Of a stretch of 64,000 nt of DNA, positions 44,081-53,400 are shown one piece after another (within the stretch, counting starts at the first letter, position 1; every line of letters starts with the position of its first letter). The DNA is from an uncultured archaeon (GTDB taxonomy: Archaea > Iainarchaeota > Iainarchaeia > Iainarchaeales > 1-14-0-10-31-34), in NCBI GenBank assembly GCA_964608675.1, contig CAZSOZ010000003.1:1-64000 (forward strand), in the 5' to 3' direction. Both the position numbers and the translations under genes were made by a program. Below the pieces are notes generated by a model, which searched no databases, had not been told where the DNA came from, and saw only the letters and a program-made list of their open reading frames with translations.

Positions 44081-45496
44081 TTAGTTCCCTATTTTTTTAT
44101 GAAATTCTTTCATTGAAATATTTTTTCCTTTCATTTTTTCCAGGATTTTTTTTCTTTTTTTTATTTCTTTTCTGAATTCTTTTTCTGTGAACCCAAAGCA
44201 TTGTTTGATTTTGTTTTTGATTCTGATGCTTTCGTTTTTTTTAATTAATTTTTTTCGTTTGAAGTCGAATTCAAATAAAATATTCAGTTTTGTTTTTGCG
44301 TTTTCTTCTGTTATTTCTGCTGCTTCAATTACGTGCCTTTCTTCTTTTTTGATTCCTTTTTTTAAGTCAATGGAATTCCATCTTTTTTGCACTAAAACCA
44401 AGTCAATGGAATTCAAATCCATTTCCATTAATCCTAAATTTTTCATTCTGGTAATAAATTCTTTTGCGCTTAATGCGTGAACTGTTGCATAACTTCCTTT
44501 TCCTTGTCCTGCAAGCAGTGTGTCAATGAATGCTTTTGCTTCTTTTTTTTCTCTTATTTCTCCTACAATTATTCTGTCAGGGCGCATTCTCAGAGTGTTT
44601 ATAATTAATTCCTGCATTTCTATTCCAAGGTTTTCTGCTGTATTCAGTTTTATTGAATGTTCTTGGGGAAGACAGATTTCAGGAGTTTCTTCTGTAATAA
44701 TAATTCTTTCTTTGCTGTCTGCAAAAGAAAACAAGGCATTCATGGTTGTTGTTTTTCCGCTTCCTGTGTTTCCTGCTATAACAATACTTGTGTCTGTCTG
44801 AAGTGCAAGCCATAAAAATGCAGTTAATTCAACTGAAAATGTTTTGTTTTCAATTAATTCAATCGGAGTAAACGGGTTTTCGTTGAATTTTCTTATAGTT
44901 ATGTTTGGAGTTTTGGATACAGGAAGCGTTATTGCATTAATTCTTTCTCCGTTAGGCAGAACTGAATTTAATTTTGGATTCTGCAAAGTAAGTCTTCTGC
45001 CAATGGTTCTTGACATTTTGTTTGCTAAATTCACTATTTCTTCTTGTGTCTGGTAAAGCAGATTAGTTTTAATCCAGCCAAAATTTTTTTTGAATACAAA
45101 AACATTTTTGTTTTTTCCGATTATGCTGATTTCTTCAATTGAATTGTCTTTCAGCAGGAAATCCATTGCTCCAAATCCAAACACAATTGATTCAACTGCT
45201 TTTTTTATGTAAAAATTTTGTTTTTCTTCAAGTTTAATCCATTCTTTTTCGCAGTATAAATTAATTTGTTTTTGAATTTCTTCTTTTTGAATTTTTTCTT
45301 CTTTTTGTATTTCTTCAGTTATTTTTTTTACTGCTTCTTTTTCTTGTTCAGAAAAACAAGGGATTTCAGTAATCAGATAATATAGTTCTCCTTCAAAATC
45401 TTGAATTAATTCTGTTTCATTTCGTTTTTCGATTATTTTTCTTTTCTTTTTTTCAGGAAAATTTTGAACAAAAAAACCTAATGCTGTTTCAGCCAT
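44081..45496 (-). CDS. CpaF/TadA-family secretion ATPase
   Basis: ITIRKF, Walker A GNTGSGKTT, EETPE, LRMRPDRIIVGEIR, ATVHA. Confidence 0.92.
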   Translation of the reverse strand: MAETALGFFVQNFPEKKKRKIIEKRNETELIQDFEGELYYLITEIPCFSEQEKEAVKKITEEIQKEEKIQKEEIQKQINLYCEKEWIKLEEKQNFYIKKAVESIVFGFGAMDFLLKDNSIEEISIIGKNKNVFVFKKNFGWIKTNLLYQTQEEIVNLANKMSRTIGRRLTLQNPKLNSVLPNGERINAITLPVSKTPNITIRKFNENPFTPIELIENKTFSVELTAFLWLALQTDTSIVIAGNTGSGKTTTMNALFSFADSKERIIITEETPEICLPQEHSIKLNTAENLGIEMQELIINTLRMRPDRIIVGEIREKKEAKAFIDTLLAGQGKGSYATVHALSAKEFITRMKNLGLMEMDLNSIDLVLVQKRWNSIDLKKGIKKEERHVIEAAEITEENAKTKLNILFEFDFKRKKLIKKNESIRIKNKIKQCFGFTEKEFRKEIKKRKKILEKMKGKNISMKEFHKKIGN

Positions 45497-46014
45497 GCAT
45501 TAATTCAAATTCAAGAGAATTAAAATGGCTTTATTTCGTTAATCCACGAAAAAATTTCAAAGAATATAAACCTTTCTGTTATGTAGCATTTATATTGTTT
45601 TTTTCTTGGATTTTATTTATGGCTTCAGTTTTTTTTAATTATTTTTTGGAGCAGTTTAATTTCTGGCTTTGGATGCTTATTGCAGTAATTATTTTTTTGA
45701 CTCTTGCAAACAATAAAGGCTGGAAGAAAGCCTATTTTTTGGTGATAATTATTGGTTTTCTTGTTTTGGGCAAGCTTATTAATGACTGGTTTGTTTCTAC
45801 TGCTTTAATTGCTGGCTGGCTTTTGATTTTTAATTTGGATTTTTTTGTTTCTAAAGCTGTTTTGTTTTCTGCTATGATTGCCCTTGTTTTTTTAGGTGTG
45901 TCAAGTCCTTTATTTTATTTAATTGTTTTTGTTTTATGGATTATAATAATGTGGTTTTTTATTAGTTCAACTTTTAGTGCTTTTTATTCTGAACAAACCA
46001 CAAAAAAAAAATAA
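45481..46014 (+). CDS. Small membrane protein (true start probably a downstream ATG, MASVFF)
   Basis: About four hydrophobic helices; the called 5' part overlaps the divergent ATPase. Confidence 0.55.
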   Translation: MLFQPCINSNSRELKWLYFVNPRKNFKEYKPFCYVAFILFFSWILFMASVFFNYFLEQFNFWLWMLIAVIIFLTLANNKGWKKAYFLVIIIGFLVLGKLINDWFVSTALIAGWLLIFNLDFFVSKAVLFSAMIALVFLGVSSPLFYLIVFVLWIIIMWFFISSTFSAFYSEQTTKKK

Positions 46015-46097
46015 ATAAGGATTGCTAAGTTTTTTTGATTGTTTTTGTTTGGATTCCAAACAACGAAAAGTTATTAAAGGAAAAAGCTCTATTTTAA

Positions 46098-46181
46098 GTC
46101 GGGTATATCACCCCGGATTCTGCAAAGGAAGACAACAAAAGGCAAAGGAGGAAAGTTTTAAACTTTCCTCTTTCTTTTTTT
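46098..46181 (+). ncRNA. Candidate small non-coding RNA
   Basis: BRE/TATA-like GAAAAG-TTATTAAA at 46065-46078; GC-richer ORF-less segment with a GGGT/ACCC hairpin, ending in a strong hairpin plus T-tract. Confidence 0.4.
46148..46181 (+). terminator. Stem-loop plus oligo-T terminator (may also serve the convergent DUF192 gene)
   Basis: GAGGAAAGTTT-T-AAACTTTCCTC perfect inverted repeat followed by TTTCTTTTTTT. Confidence 0.65.
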
Positions 46182-46192
46182 AATCAGTTTTT

Positions 46193-46552
46193 TTATGAAA
46201 ATTCTTGCCATTCTAATTCGTCATTTAATTCAATTTTTTTTCCAATTGTTCCTGCAAGAAATTCAATGAAATACTTTGAAGGAGTTTTTGGAGTGTAATT
46301 TAAGCTCCAAGGCATAAAATTGTATTTGATGTCAACTACTTTTTTGTTTGAATCAAGGTAAACTACATCGATTGAATAAAAAACAAACAGCATGTGAATG
46401 CTTGCATTTAGTTTCCCTTCTTTTTCCAGTTCAAAAATAAGTGCATAATCAGGTTTTTTTGAAAACATTAATCCTTTAAAACGTTTAAAAAAAGAATCTG
46501 CAATTTTTGTTTTTTTTATTACTTTTAATTTTTTTGTTTTATTGAACAACAT
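46193..46552 (-). CDS. DUF192 family protein
   Basis: ADSFFKRFKGLMF, SIHMLFVFYSIDVVYLD, YFIEF motifs. Confidence 0.85.
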   Translation of the reverse strand: MLFNKTKKLKVIKKTKIADSFFKRFKGLMFSKKPDYALIFELEKEGKLNASIHMLFVFYSIDVVYLDSNKKVVDIKYNFMPWSLNYTPKTPSKYFIEFLAGTIGKKIELNDELEWQEFS

Positions 46553-46557
46553 TAAAA

Positions 46558-46773
46558 TCAGTCGTCTTCTAGTGCCTCTAAGGTTGGAACTTTTAATTCT
46601 TCTAGTTTGTGTTTGGTTTTTTCTGCTTCTGAATAAATTTTTTCAGGGCTTTCTTTGATTTTGGATGCACTGGTTTTTAGTTTGTGCATTTCTTTTCTGG
46701 ATATAGTTAATTCTTCCAGTTTTTTTATTATTTCTTTTGCTTTTTTTTCATTTATTTCTTCCAGTTCTTTCAT
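46558..46773 (-). CDS. Small charged hypothetical protein
   Basis: ORF ending 5 bp before the DUF192 start; K/E-rich codon pattern as in host genes. Confidence 0.55.
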   Translation of the reverse strand: MKELEEINEKKAKEIIKKLEELTISRKEMHKLKTSASKIKESPEKIYSEAEKTKHKLEELKVPTLEALEDD

Positions 46774-46901
46774 GTTTTTTATATTGTTTTTTTTATTATT
46801 TAAAGAGATAGGTTTAAATTTAATTAATTCCTATAATATTCATTTAAAATGTTTTTTACTAGAAATAATTAATCAAATCGTATTTGAAAAAGGTATTTTT
46901 T

Positions 46902-47594
46902 ATGTTGAATTCTGTTGCTTTTATTCCTGATGGAAACAGAAGGTATGCTTTGTCAAACAATATTCCTTTATTTCAGTCTTATCAAATGGGAACCAGAAAA
47001 GCATGGGATGTAATTGACTGGCTTAAATCTTATCCAAAAATTAAGGTTGGAACTTTTTATACTCTTTCTTTGGAAAATTTAACCAGAAATAAAGCTGAAT
47101 TAAAGATTTTGTTTTCAATTTTTGAAAGAGAATTAGATAAAGTAATTAACACAAACTATCTTCAGGAAAATGAAATAAAATTAAAGTTTGTAGGACGCCT
47201 TAACGATTTTCCTGAAAAAATAAGAAACAAGATTTTTAAGGCAGAGAAATCAACTGAAAACAATAAAGGAAAAACAATTAATTTGGCTTTGGGTTATAAT
47301 GGTCAGACAGAAATAGTTGATGCAGCAAAAAAAATTGCTTTGGCTCATAAAAATGGACTTGACTTGAATTCTTTGAATGAAAAAGAATTCAAAAAATATT
47401 TGTATTCTGATTTTGCTGACCCTGATTTAATTGTAAGAACTTCAGGAACTCAAAGGCTTTCAGGTTTTTTGACTTATCAAAGCAGTTATTCTGAATTATA
47501 TTTTTCTAAAAAATTTTGGCCTGAATTTTCAAAACAAGAATTAGCTTCTGCAGTAAATGAATACGAGCAAAGGCAAAGACGTTTCGGTAAATAG
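46902..47594 (+). CDS. uppS: cis-Prenyltransferase (polyprenyl/undecaprenyl diphosphate synthase)
   Basis: FIPDGNRRYA, SLEN, LGYNGQTEI, PDLIVRTSG.QRLSGFL.YQ..YSEL, RRFGK; start taken at ATG 46902. Confidence 0.93.
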   Translation: MLNSVAFIPDGNRRYALSNNIPLFQSYQMGTRKAWDVIDWLKSYPKIKVGTFYTLSLENLTRNKAELKILFSIFERELDKVINTNYLQENEIKLKFVGRLNDFPEKIRNKIFKAEKSTENNKGKTINLALGYNGQTEIVDAAKKIALAHKNGLDLNSLNEKEFKKYLYSDFADPDLIVRTSGTQRLSGFLTYQSSYSELYFSKKFWPEFSKQELASAVNEYEQRQRRFGK

Positions 47595-47695
47595 GCTTTT
47601 ATGTTAAGCATGCATGCCAATAAATCTAGCTATTTCGTTTCACTCAATAGCTTATTAATATTTAATTGTTTTTTTTATTAGTTATTATTCTTGTT

Positions 47696-47768
47696 AGCCC
47701 CGTAGTCTAGTGGCCAAGGATGCGAGGTTCTGGACCTTGTGACAGGAGTTCGAATCTCCTCGGGGCTA
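47696..47768 (+). tRNA. tRNA-Gln (anticodon CTG)
   Basis: Acceptor AGCCCCG/CGGGGCT, D-loop AGTGG, anticodon arm CGAGG-TTCTGGA-CCTTG, T-arm AGGAG-TTCGAAT-CTCCT; A1-U72 is typical of archaeal tRNA-Gln; CCA not encoded. Confidence 0.95.
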
Positions 47769-47779
47769 TTAATTTTTTT

Positions 47780-48240
47780 AAAAAGGAAAATTTATGTTTT
47801 TCAAAAAGTATTCAAAAGAGATTCAGCAGTGTTTTCAATGAATTTATAAAAAAGCCATGGATTGCGGTTGTTTCATTTTTGATATTTATTTTTTTTATTA
47901 TTCCTTTATTAAACCTGTTTTTGTCTAAACAACTTCTTGATTTTATGTTTGGATTTTCTGTTTTAGTTATCCTTGTTTCAATAGTGTTTACTTTTTCTTC
48001 TTATAAACAGAACACTATAAAGAATTCTTTGGTATTTAAAGGAGATTATTATTTGTCTTCTGTTGACGTGTCAGCTGGCTTAATGCAGTATCAGGAATAA
48101 GCATTTTAATAATTTTTTTTGCTACTGTTTTTTCTATTTTAATTGACTTGGCTGTATTGTGTTTTAACATTTTGTTGCTTTTTGGGGGCTTTTATTTGAT
48201 ATTATTGCAAAATTTGTTCAGATGCAGAAAAAAATTTAAT
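47780..48240 (+). pseudogene. Probable decayed membrane-protein gene downstream of the tRNA
   Basis: Hydrophobic reading frames (PWIAVVSFLIFIFF...; WLNAVSGISILIIFFA...) are split across frames with no proper start. Confidence 0.4.
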
Positions 48241-48254
48241 CCGCTTAATTTATT

Positions 48255-48512
48255 TCACTTGTATATTTTGTCATGATGGTCATAATCTTCTATTACAATA
48301 GTTTTTTCTTTGATAGAATAAATCAAAACAAAAGACCCAAATGTATGGACTCTTCTTTTATTTTGCATTGGTTTTTTTAAAGGTTTAAACACAAAAGGAT
48401 TTTCTAAAATTTGTTTTATTTTCTTTTTTACGGCTTTTTCTTGTGTTGGGTCTCTTTTTGCAATTTTTTCTAAAGTTTTTTCTACATGTTTTCTGATTTC
48501 AAGTTTGTACAA
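48255..48512 (-). CDS. RelE/ParE-superfamily type II toxin (mRNA interferase-like)
   Basis: 85 aa, basic; KKIKQILENP..FKPL..RRVH..SFVLIY..DHHDKIY. Confidence 0.85.
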   Translation of the reverse strand: MYKLEIRKHVEKTLEKIAKRDPTQEKAVKKKIKQILENPFVFKPLKKPMQNKRRVHTFGSFVLIYSIKEKTIVIEDYDHHDKIYK

Positions 48513-48518
48513 TGAGAA

Positions 48519-48761
48519 TCATCTCTTGCGCAGTTTTTCAAAATATTGATCGATATTTTTTACTTTAATTGTTTTTTCTTTTTCAATTTTTTTGAGCTTT
48601 TCAAGGTATTCTGGTCTAAGCTCTGGTTCAAGCAACTCTTTTTCGTATTCTTCAGCCATTTTATTTATTGCTTCACTTTTATCTCTTAAATCGTATTTTG
48701 CTTTGATAATGTTAATTACATGATTAGCTTTTTCATTTATTTTTACTATTGCAGTAGGCAT
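48519..48761 (-). CDS. Antitoxin (DUF2683-like)
   Basis: NHVINIIKAKYDLRDKSEAIN..LEPELRPEY; immediately upstream of the toxin; GGTGA SD. Confidence 0.8.
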   Translation of the reverse strand: MPTAIVKINEKANHVINIIKAKYDLRDKSEAINKMAEEYEKELLEPELRPEYLEKLKKIEKEKTIKVKNIDQYFEKLRKR

Positions 48762-48798
48762 ATTATCACCATATTAATATAGTATTAATATTGTATTA
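48761..48798. promoter_or_regulatory. Putative TA autorepression operator
   Basis: Perfect inverted repeat ATATTAATA-TAG-TATTAATAT (48771-48791) within four TATTA units spaced 11 bp apart. Confidence 0.55.
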
Positions 48799-48810
48799 AA
48801 AAACTTTCTT

Positions 48811-49950
48811 TTAAGAAAAAGCAAACTTTAAACCGGTTGGAATCAAACTCCATTTGCTTGGAGACCACATCATTTTTCCGATAAATTTTGATGGAAAATC
48901 CATGTCTCCGTGTTTTTCTAAAAATTCTTCCATTTTGGCTTTTTTAAATTTTAAAAACAAGTCATTTATTTGTTTGTCATTTAATGAATTAAAGTATTTT
49001 CTGATTTTCCAGTGCATTTCAAGTTCTTTATTTAATTCACTTAAATTTTTCCAGTAATCTGTTAAAGGTTTTTTGTGTTTTAAATGGTTTGAAATAGTTT
49101 TAACTAAAATGTCTGATGCCATGCTTCCTGTTATTATTCCTCCGCCTGTTGTTGCTTTGGTTTGATATGCTGCATCTCCTACTAAAAACAAATTATTTTT
49201 TTGTATTTCTTTTGAAGGTTTGGTTATTGGAATAACAAAAGCTGATTCACTTAATACTTCTATGTCCATGTTTGAAATAAATTTTTGAAGGGCTTCCCGT
49301 GCATTAATTTTTCCGTTTACTCCTAATCCTATTCTTGCAGTTGATTTGTTTTCCGGAATAACCCATGCAAAAAATCCTTTGCAGAATTCTCCTAAGTGAA
49401 CTTCAACTAATTTGTTTTGAAATGAACCTTTTGCTTTTATTTGGTATGTTCTTACAAAACCTTTTGGGTTAATTTTGTCCATTACCAGCCTTCTTGTTTT
49501 TGATGCTGCTCCGTCTGCTCCAATCACGAATTTTGTTTTTAGCATTTCTCCTCTGTTTTCATGCTGAACAAAAACTGTTTCTTTTCTTGAATCAATTAAT
49601 CTCGTGTTTTTTTTTATTTCTATTCCTTTGCTTTCAGCTTTTTTTTCAAGGCTTTTATCTAATTCTTTTCTGTCAATTAAGTAAGCTACTGGTTCTTTTC
49701 TTTCAATTTGTATTTTTGTTTTGTCTGGAGAAAAAATTTTTGCTCCATAAATCTTGTTTATTGTTACATTTGAAACATCTATTTTGTTTCTTTTTAACCC
49801 GCTGGAGCTTAATAATCCTGAACAGTTTTCAGGAACGCCAACTTCTTTGTGGTCTTCTATTACTGTTACATCCCAGCCTTGGTCTTTTAATCCTGTTGCT
49901 GTTCTTAAGCCAATGGGGCCTGCTCCTACTACAGTAATCATTTTTTCCAT
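48811..49950 (-). CDS. Geranylgeranyl reductase family FAD-dependent oxidoreductase
   Basis: VVGAGPIG, PENCSGL, IDRKELD, IGADGAAS, FAWVIP, LVGDAA.QTKATTGGGI. Confidence 0.88.
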   Translation of the reverse strand: MEKMITVVGAGPIGLRTATGLKDQGWDVTVIEDHKEVGVPENCSGLLSSSGLKRNKIDVSNVTINKIYGAKIFSPDKTKIQIERKEPVAYLIDRKELDKSLEKKAESKGIEIKKNTRLIDSRKETVFVQHENRGEMLKTKFVIGADGAASKTRRLVMDKINPKGFVRTYQIKAKGSFQNKLVEVHLGEFCKGFFAWVIPENKSTARIGLGVNGKINAREALQKFISNMDIEVLSESAFVIPITKPSKEIQKNNLFLVGDAAYQTKATTGGGIITGSMASDILVKTISNHLKHKKPLTDYWKNLSELNKELEMHWKIRKYFNSLNDKQINDLFLKFKKAKMEEFLEKHGDMDFPSKFIGKMMWSPSKWSLIPTGLKFAFS

Positions 49951-50052
49951 TTAAATCACTTTTATTAATATTATTAAACTGTTTTTTTTAATGCTTTGTT
50001 TTCTTTTTTTTCCTGGGAACTTTTAAAAATAGTTTCTATTTATTAATATTTC

Positions 50053-50433
50053 ATGCCTTTGATTGAATTGGTTTTTGGTTTAATTGCATTGTTTTTGGTT
50101 ATTACTTTGCCCGGCTATTTTTTGTCTTTGGGTTTTTTTCCAAACAAAAATGAAATTGATTCAATTGAAAGATTTACTTTTTCTTTGGTTTTTTCTATTG
50201 CTTTTCTGCCTTTGATTGTTTTGATTGAAAACATGGTTTTTGGAATTCCAATTAATTTTACTTCAAGTATTGCGTCTGTTTTGCTGTTAATTATTTTTGG
50301 TTTAATTTCTTGGATGATTAGAACGCAGAAAATTTCTGTTCCTGAACCACTTTATTTTGTTTTTCCTAAAATTGAAAAACAAAATTCAGTTGACTTATTT
50401 TTTGTTTCTTTTTTTAAAAGAAAAAAAAGTTAA
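50053..50433 (+). CDS. Membrane protein (DUF1616-like N-terminal region)
   Basis: LPGYFLSLGFFP..IDSIERFTFSLVFSIA motif; three TM. Confidence 0.65.
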   Translation: MPLIELVFGLIALFLVITLPGYFLSLGFFPNKNEIDSIERFTFSLVFSIAFLPLIVLIENMVFGIPINFTSSIASVLLLIIFGLISWMIRTQKISVPEPLYFVFPKIEKQNSVDLFFVSFFKRKKS

Positions 50434-50439
50434 GGAGAT

Positions 50440-53400
50440 TTAATTTTCTCTGTATGCAAATCTTCCGCCTTCTTCTTCACTGTTTAAGGGATTAACTGTT
50501 TTTTTTGGTTTTTCGTTTTCTCTTAAAGTTCTTTTTTTCCTGAAGAAATTTTGGTTGTATGCTGATGCAAGTCCTGCTGGTTCATCTTCTTTTTTTGAAT
50601 CAAAATTTATTCTGTTTGATTTAACAAACATAATCACTGCAAGTAATGCAATAATTATTATTGCCCCTAAACCTATTGGCAGAAGTCCTTCCAATAAAAG
50701 AAATCCTGTTGCAGGAATAAAGTTTTCGTTTTCTATTTTTGTTTTTTGGTCTAATATTATTGGATTTCCTTCAAAGTTTATTTGGCTTTCAAGTATTTGA
50801 TCTGCTTTTTCTTTGGTTAATTTTTCGTTTAAAGAGTAAACAATTTCTTTGGTTTCTCCTGCTTCAAGTTCGGTTTCCCATTTTATTACTGGATCAGATT
50901 CTATTATTGTGAACTTGTAATTGCTTAAAATCATTTCTGCTGATTCAATTATTTCTTTTGGAATAACTTCTATTATTTGTATTTTTCTTGTTTTGTCCGC
51001 AGTGTTTTCAAATTTTAAAATAAAATTTTGCTGGTAGTATGTTTCTCCGTCATGAATTATTTCAATTAACTGCATTTCTCTGATTGGATTGACTTGTTCT
51101 TTTAATTTTTGGTTTTCGTTTTCCAGGTTTGCGCTTAAATTTATTTCAGTGCTGGAATTCATTGTTTCAATACTGTATTCTTTTATTTCGGTTTGAATGA
51201 ATTCATCAAACTTTTGTTTTGCTTTTTCTGCATCTTTAATGCATTCATTTAATTGGTTTTCTTGGATTTCTTGTTCTGCTTTTTTTAACAGGTTGTTTCC
51301 TTCAATTATTTTTTCGTCTGAAGAAAAATTTAAATTAAATTTTTTCCAGTAATTCATTAAATCTATTGCTTCGTTTTTGCTTTGTTTTGCTTTTTCTATT
51401 GTTTTTTCTGCAAGACTCAAATTTTGGTCTTTGTTTTGATCTGAATTTATTCTTAATGCTGTTAAATCTCTTTCAAGTTTTATTTTAATTGTTTTTGAAT
51501 TAATGTTTCCTGGTTTATCTCTTGCTAAAACTTTTAAATCGTATTCTCCGTTTTCGAGTCTGCTTGTATTCCATATTACTGTTTTGGTTCCGTTCAAAAT
51601 GTTTTGCTGAAAGCTGTCAATTGAATTAAATGATGTTTCAGAACTTTTTTTGTAAGTAAAGCTTACGAAAGCCAGAGTTGAAGTGTCTGAGATATATGCT
51701 TTTAGTGTTATGTTCATGTCTTTTAATGTTTCTCCTTCTTTTGGTTCTCTCCATGAAACTGAAGGCGCAATTGAATCCCCTGAATAATTATTGTTGTTGT
51801 TTTCTGAATCAGAGGGAATTGTTATTTGTCTTTCGTTGCTTAAACTTAAATCTGATTCCTGATCTAAATTGTCTGTTGCTGTAATTTTATAGTAGTATGT
51901 TGTTCCCTGGCTTCTTCCTGTGTCAGTATAATTTGTATTTGTTTTTCCGTCAATTGATGCAATTGAAGAATAGCTTTCGGAGTTTGTTTTTCTGTAAATT
52001 TTGTATCCTTTTATTCCTGAATTGGATGAAGAAGGATTGTCTGTTGATTCTGTCCAGCTTAAGTTTACTTCTCCGTTTGAGTTTGCTCCAGGAGAATTCA
52101 ATGAAGGAGCATTTGGAGCACTTTTATCTATTTTTATTGTTGCAGTGTTATGTGTTCCTTCATTTTCATGGGTGTCTGTTGCCCAGAATTCCAGTGAATT
52201 TTCTCCTTCTGATGAAACATCAAATGATTGAGGGTTTGTTGTTGTTTCGTATTCTGTTCCGTTTATTTTGTAGTATAATTTTTCAAAATCTAATGCAGTG
52301 CAGGTTAAAGTTATTGTTTGTGTTTGTTTGTGCCAGTTTGAATTTGCTCCCTGTATGCTGACAGCAGGTCCGGTTGTATCTATTGCTCTTGCGTTTGCAT
52401 CATTGGATGAATTTGAATCGTTTCCTGCATTATCAACTGCTTTCACATAATAAATATAGGTTGTATTGTGGTCTGTGTTTGTATCTGCATAAGAGTTTGT
52501 TGTTGAAGCCGCGTATTCTGTTGAATTCCTGTAAATTTTGTATTCTTTTATTCCTGATCCATTAATGTCAGTTGAAGCAGTCCAGTTTAAGTTAATTGTT
52601 AATCCGTTTGCTGTTGCATTTAAGTCTGCTGGAGTACTTGGATTAATTGAATCAATTTTAATTGAATAAGTTGTTGAGTTTTCATTTAAATCTGTGTTGT
52701 CTGTTGAATAAACTTCAATTGAATGAATTCCTTCTTCGCTTACATTCAGAGTGTTTCCTGTCATGCAGTTCCATCCTGTTTGATTTAAATTGTAGAATGT
52801 TTTATTGCACCCTGAACCTGAATCAGTGCATTCAAATAATATAGTTAATGGATTTAAGTTAGTCCATTCTTCGTCAGTGAATCCTGAAATAGTTGTTTTT
52901 GGAGGGGTTTCATCTAAAGGACTTGCGTTTGCTTGGTTTGATTCATTTGATAAATTGCCTGCATTATCAATTGCTTTAATTTTGTAGTAATAAGTTGTTC
53001 CGAATGAAATATTTGAATCTGTATAATTTGTTTCTGTTGTACTTGCAATTAAATTTCCTTCCCCTGCAATGAAGCCGTCTGTAATGCTTCTGTAAACATT
53101 GTATTCTTGTAAGTCATCTGAATTTGATGCATTCCAAATTAAATTTATTTGCATGTCTCCTGCTGTTGCATTTAAGTCTGCTGGATCCATAGGAGCATTT
53201 TTGTCTACTAAAAATTCTTCTGAGTATTTTGATGAATTCTGGTTTCCATCTGTGGTTTCAATAAAAATGTAATAGCTTCCATCTCTTATTCCTGTGGTAT
53301 TCCATGTATATGTGTTTGTTCCGTTTACTGTTGAGTGAACGGAAATTATTTCTGTTTTTTCTGTTGAATTAGTATCTTCATCATAATATATTGCTGAAGT

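Noticed and set aside
47720-48100. 126-aa ORF as called in the track
   Set aside because: Its ATG lies inside tRNA-Gln; only the downstream hydrophobic part may be a gene remnant.
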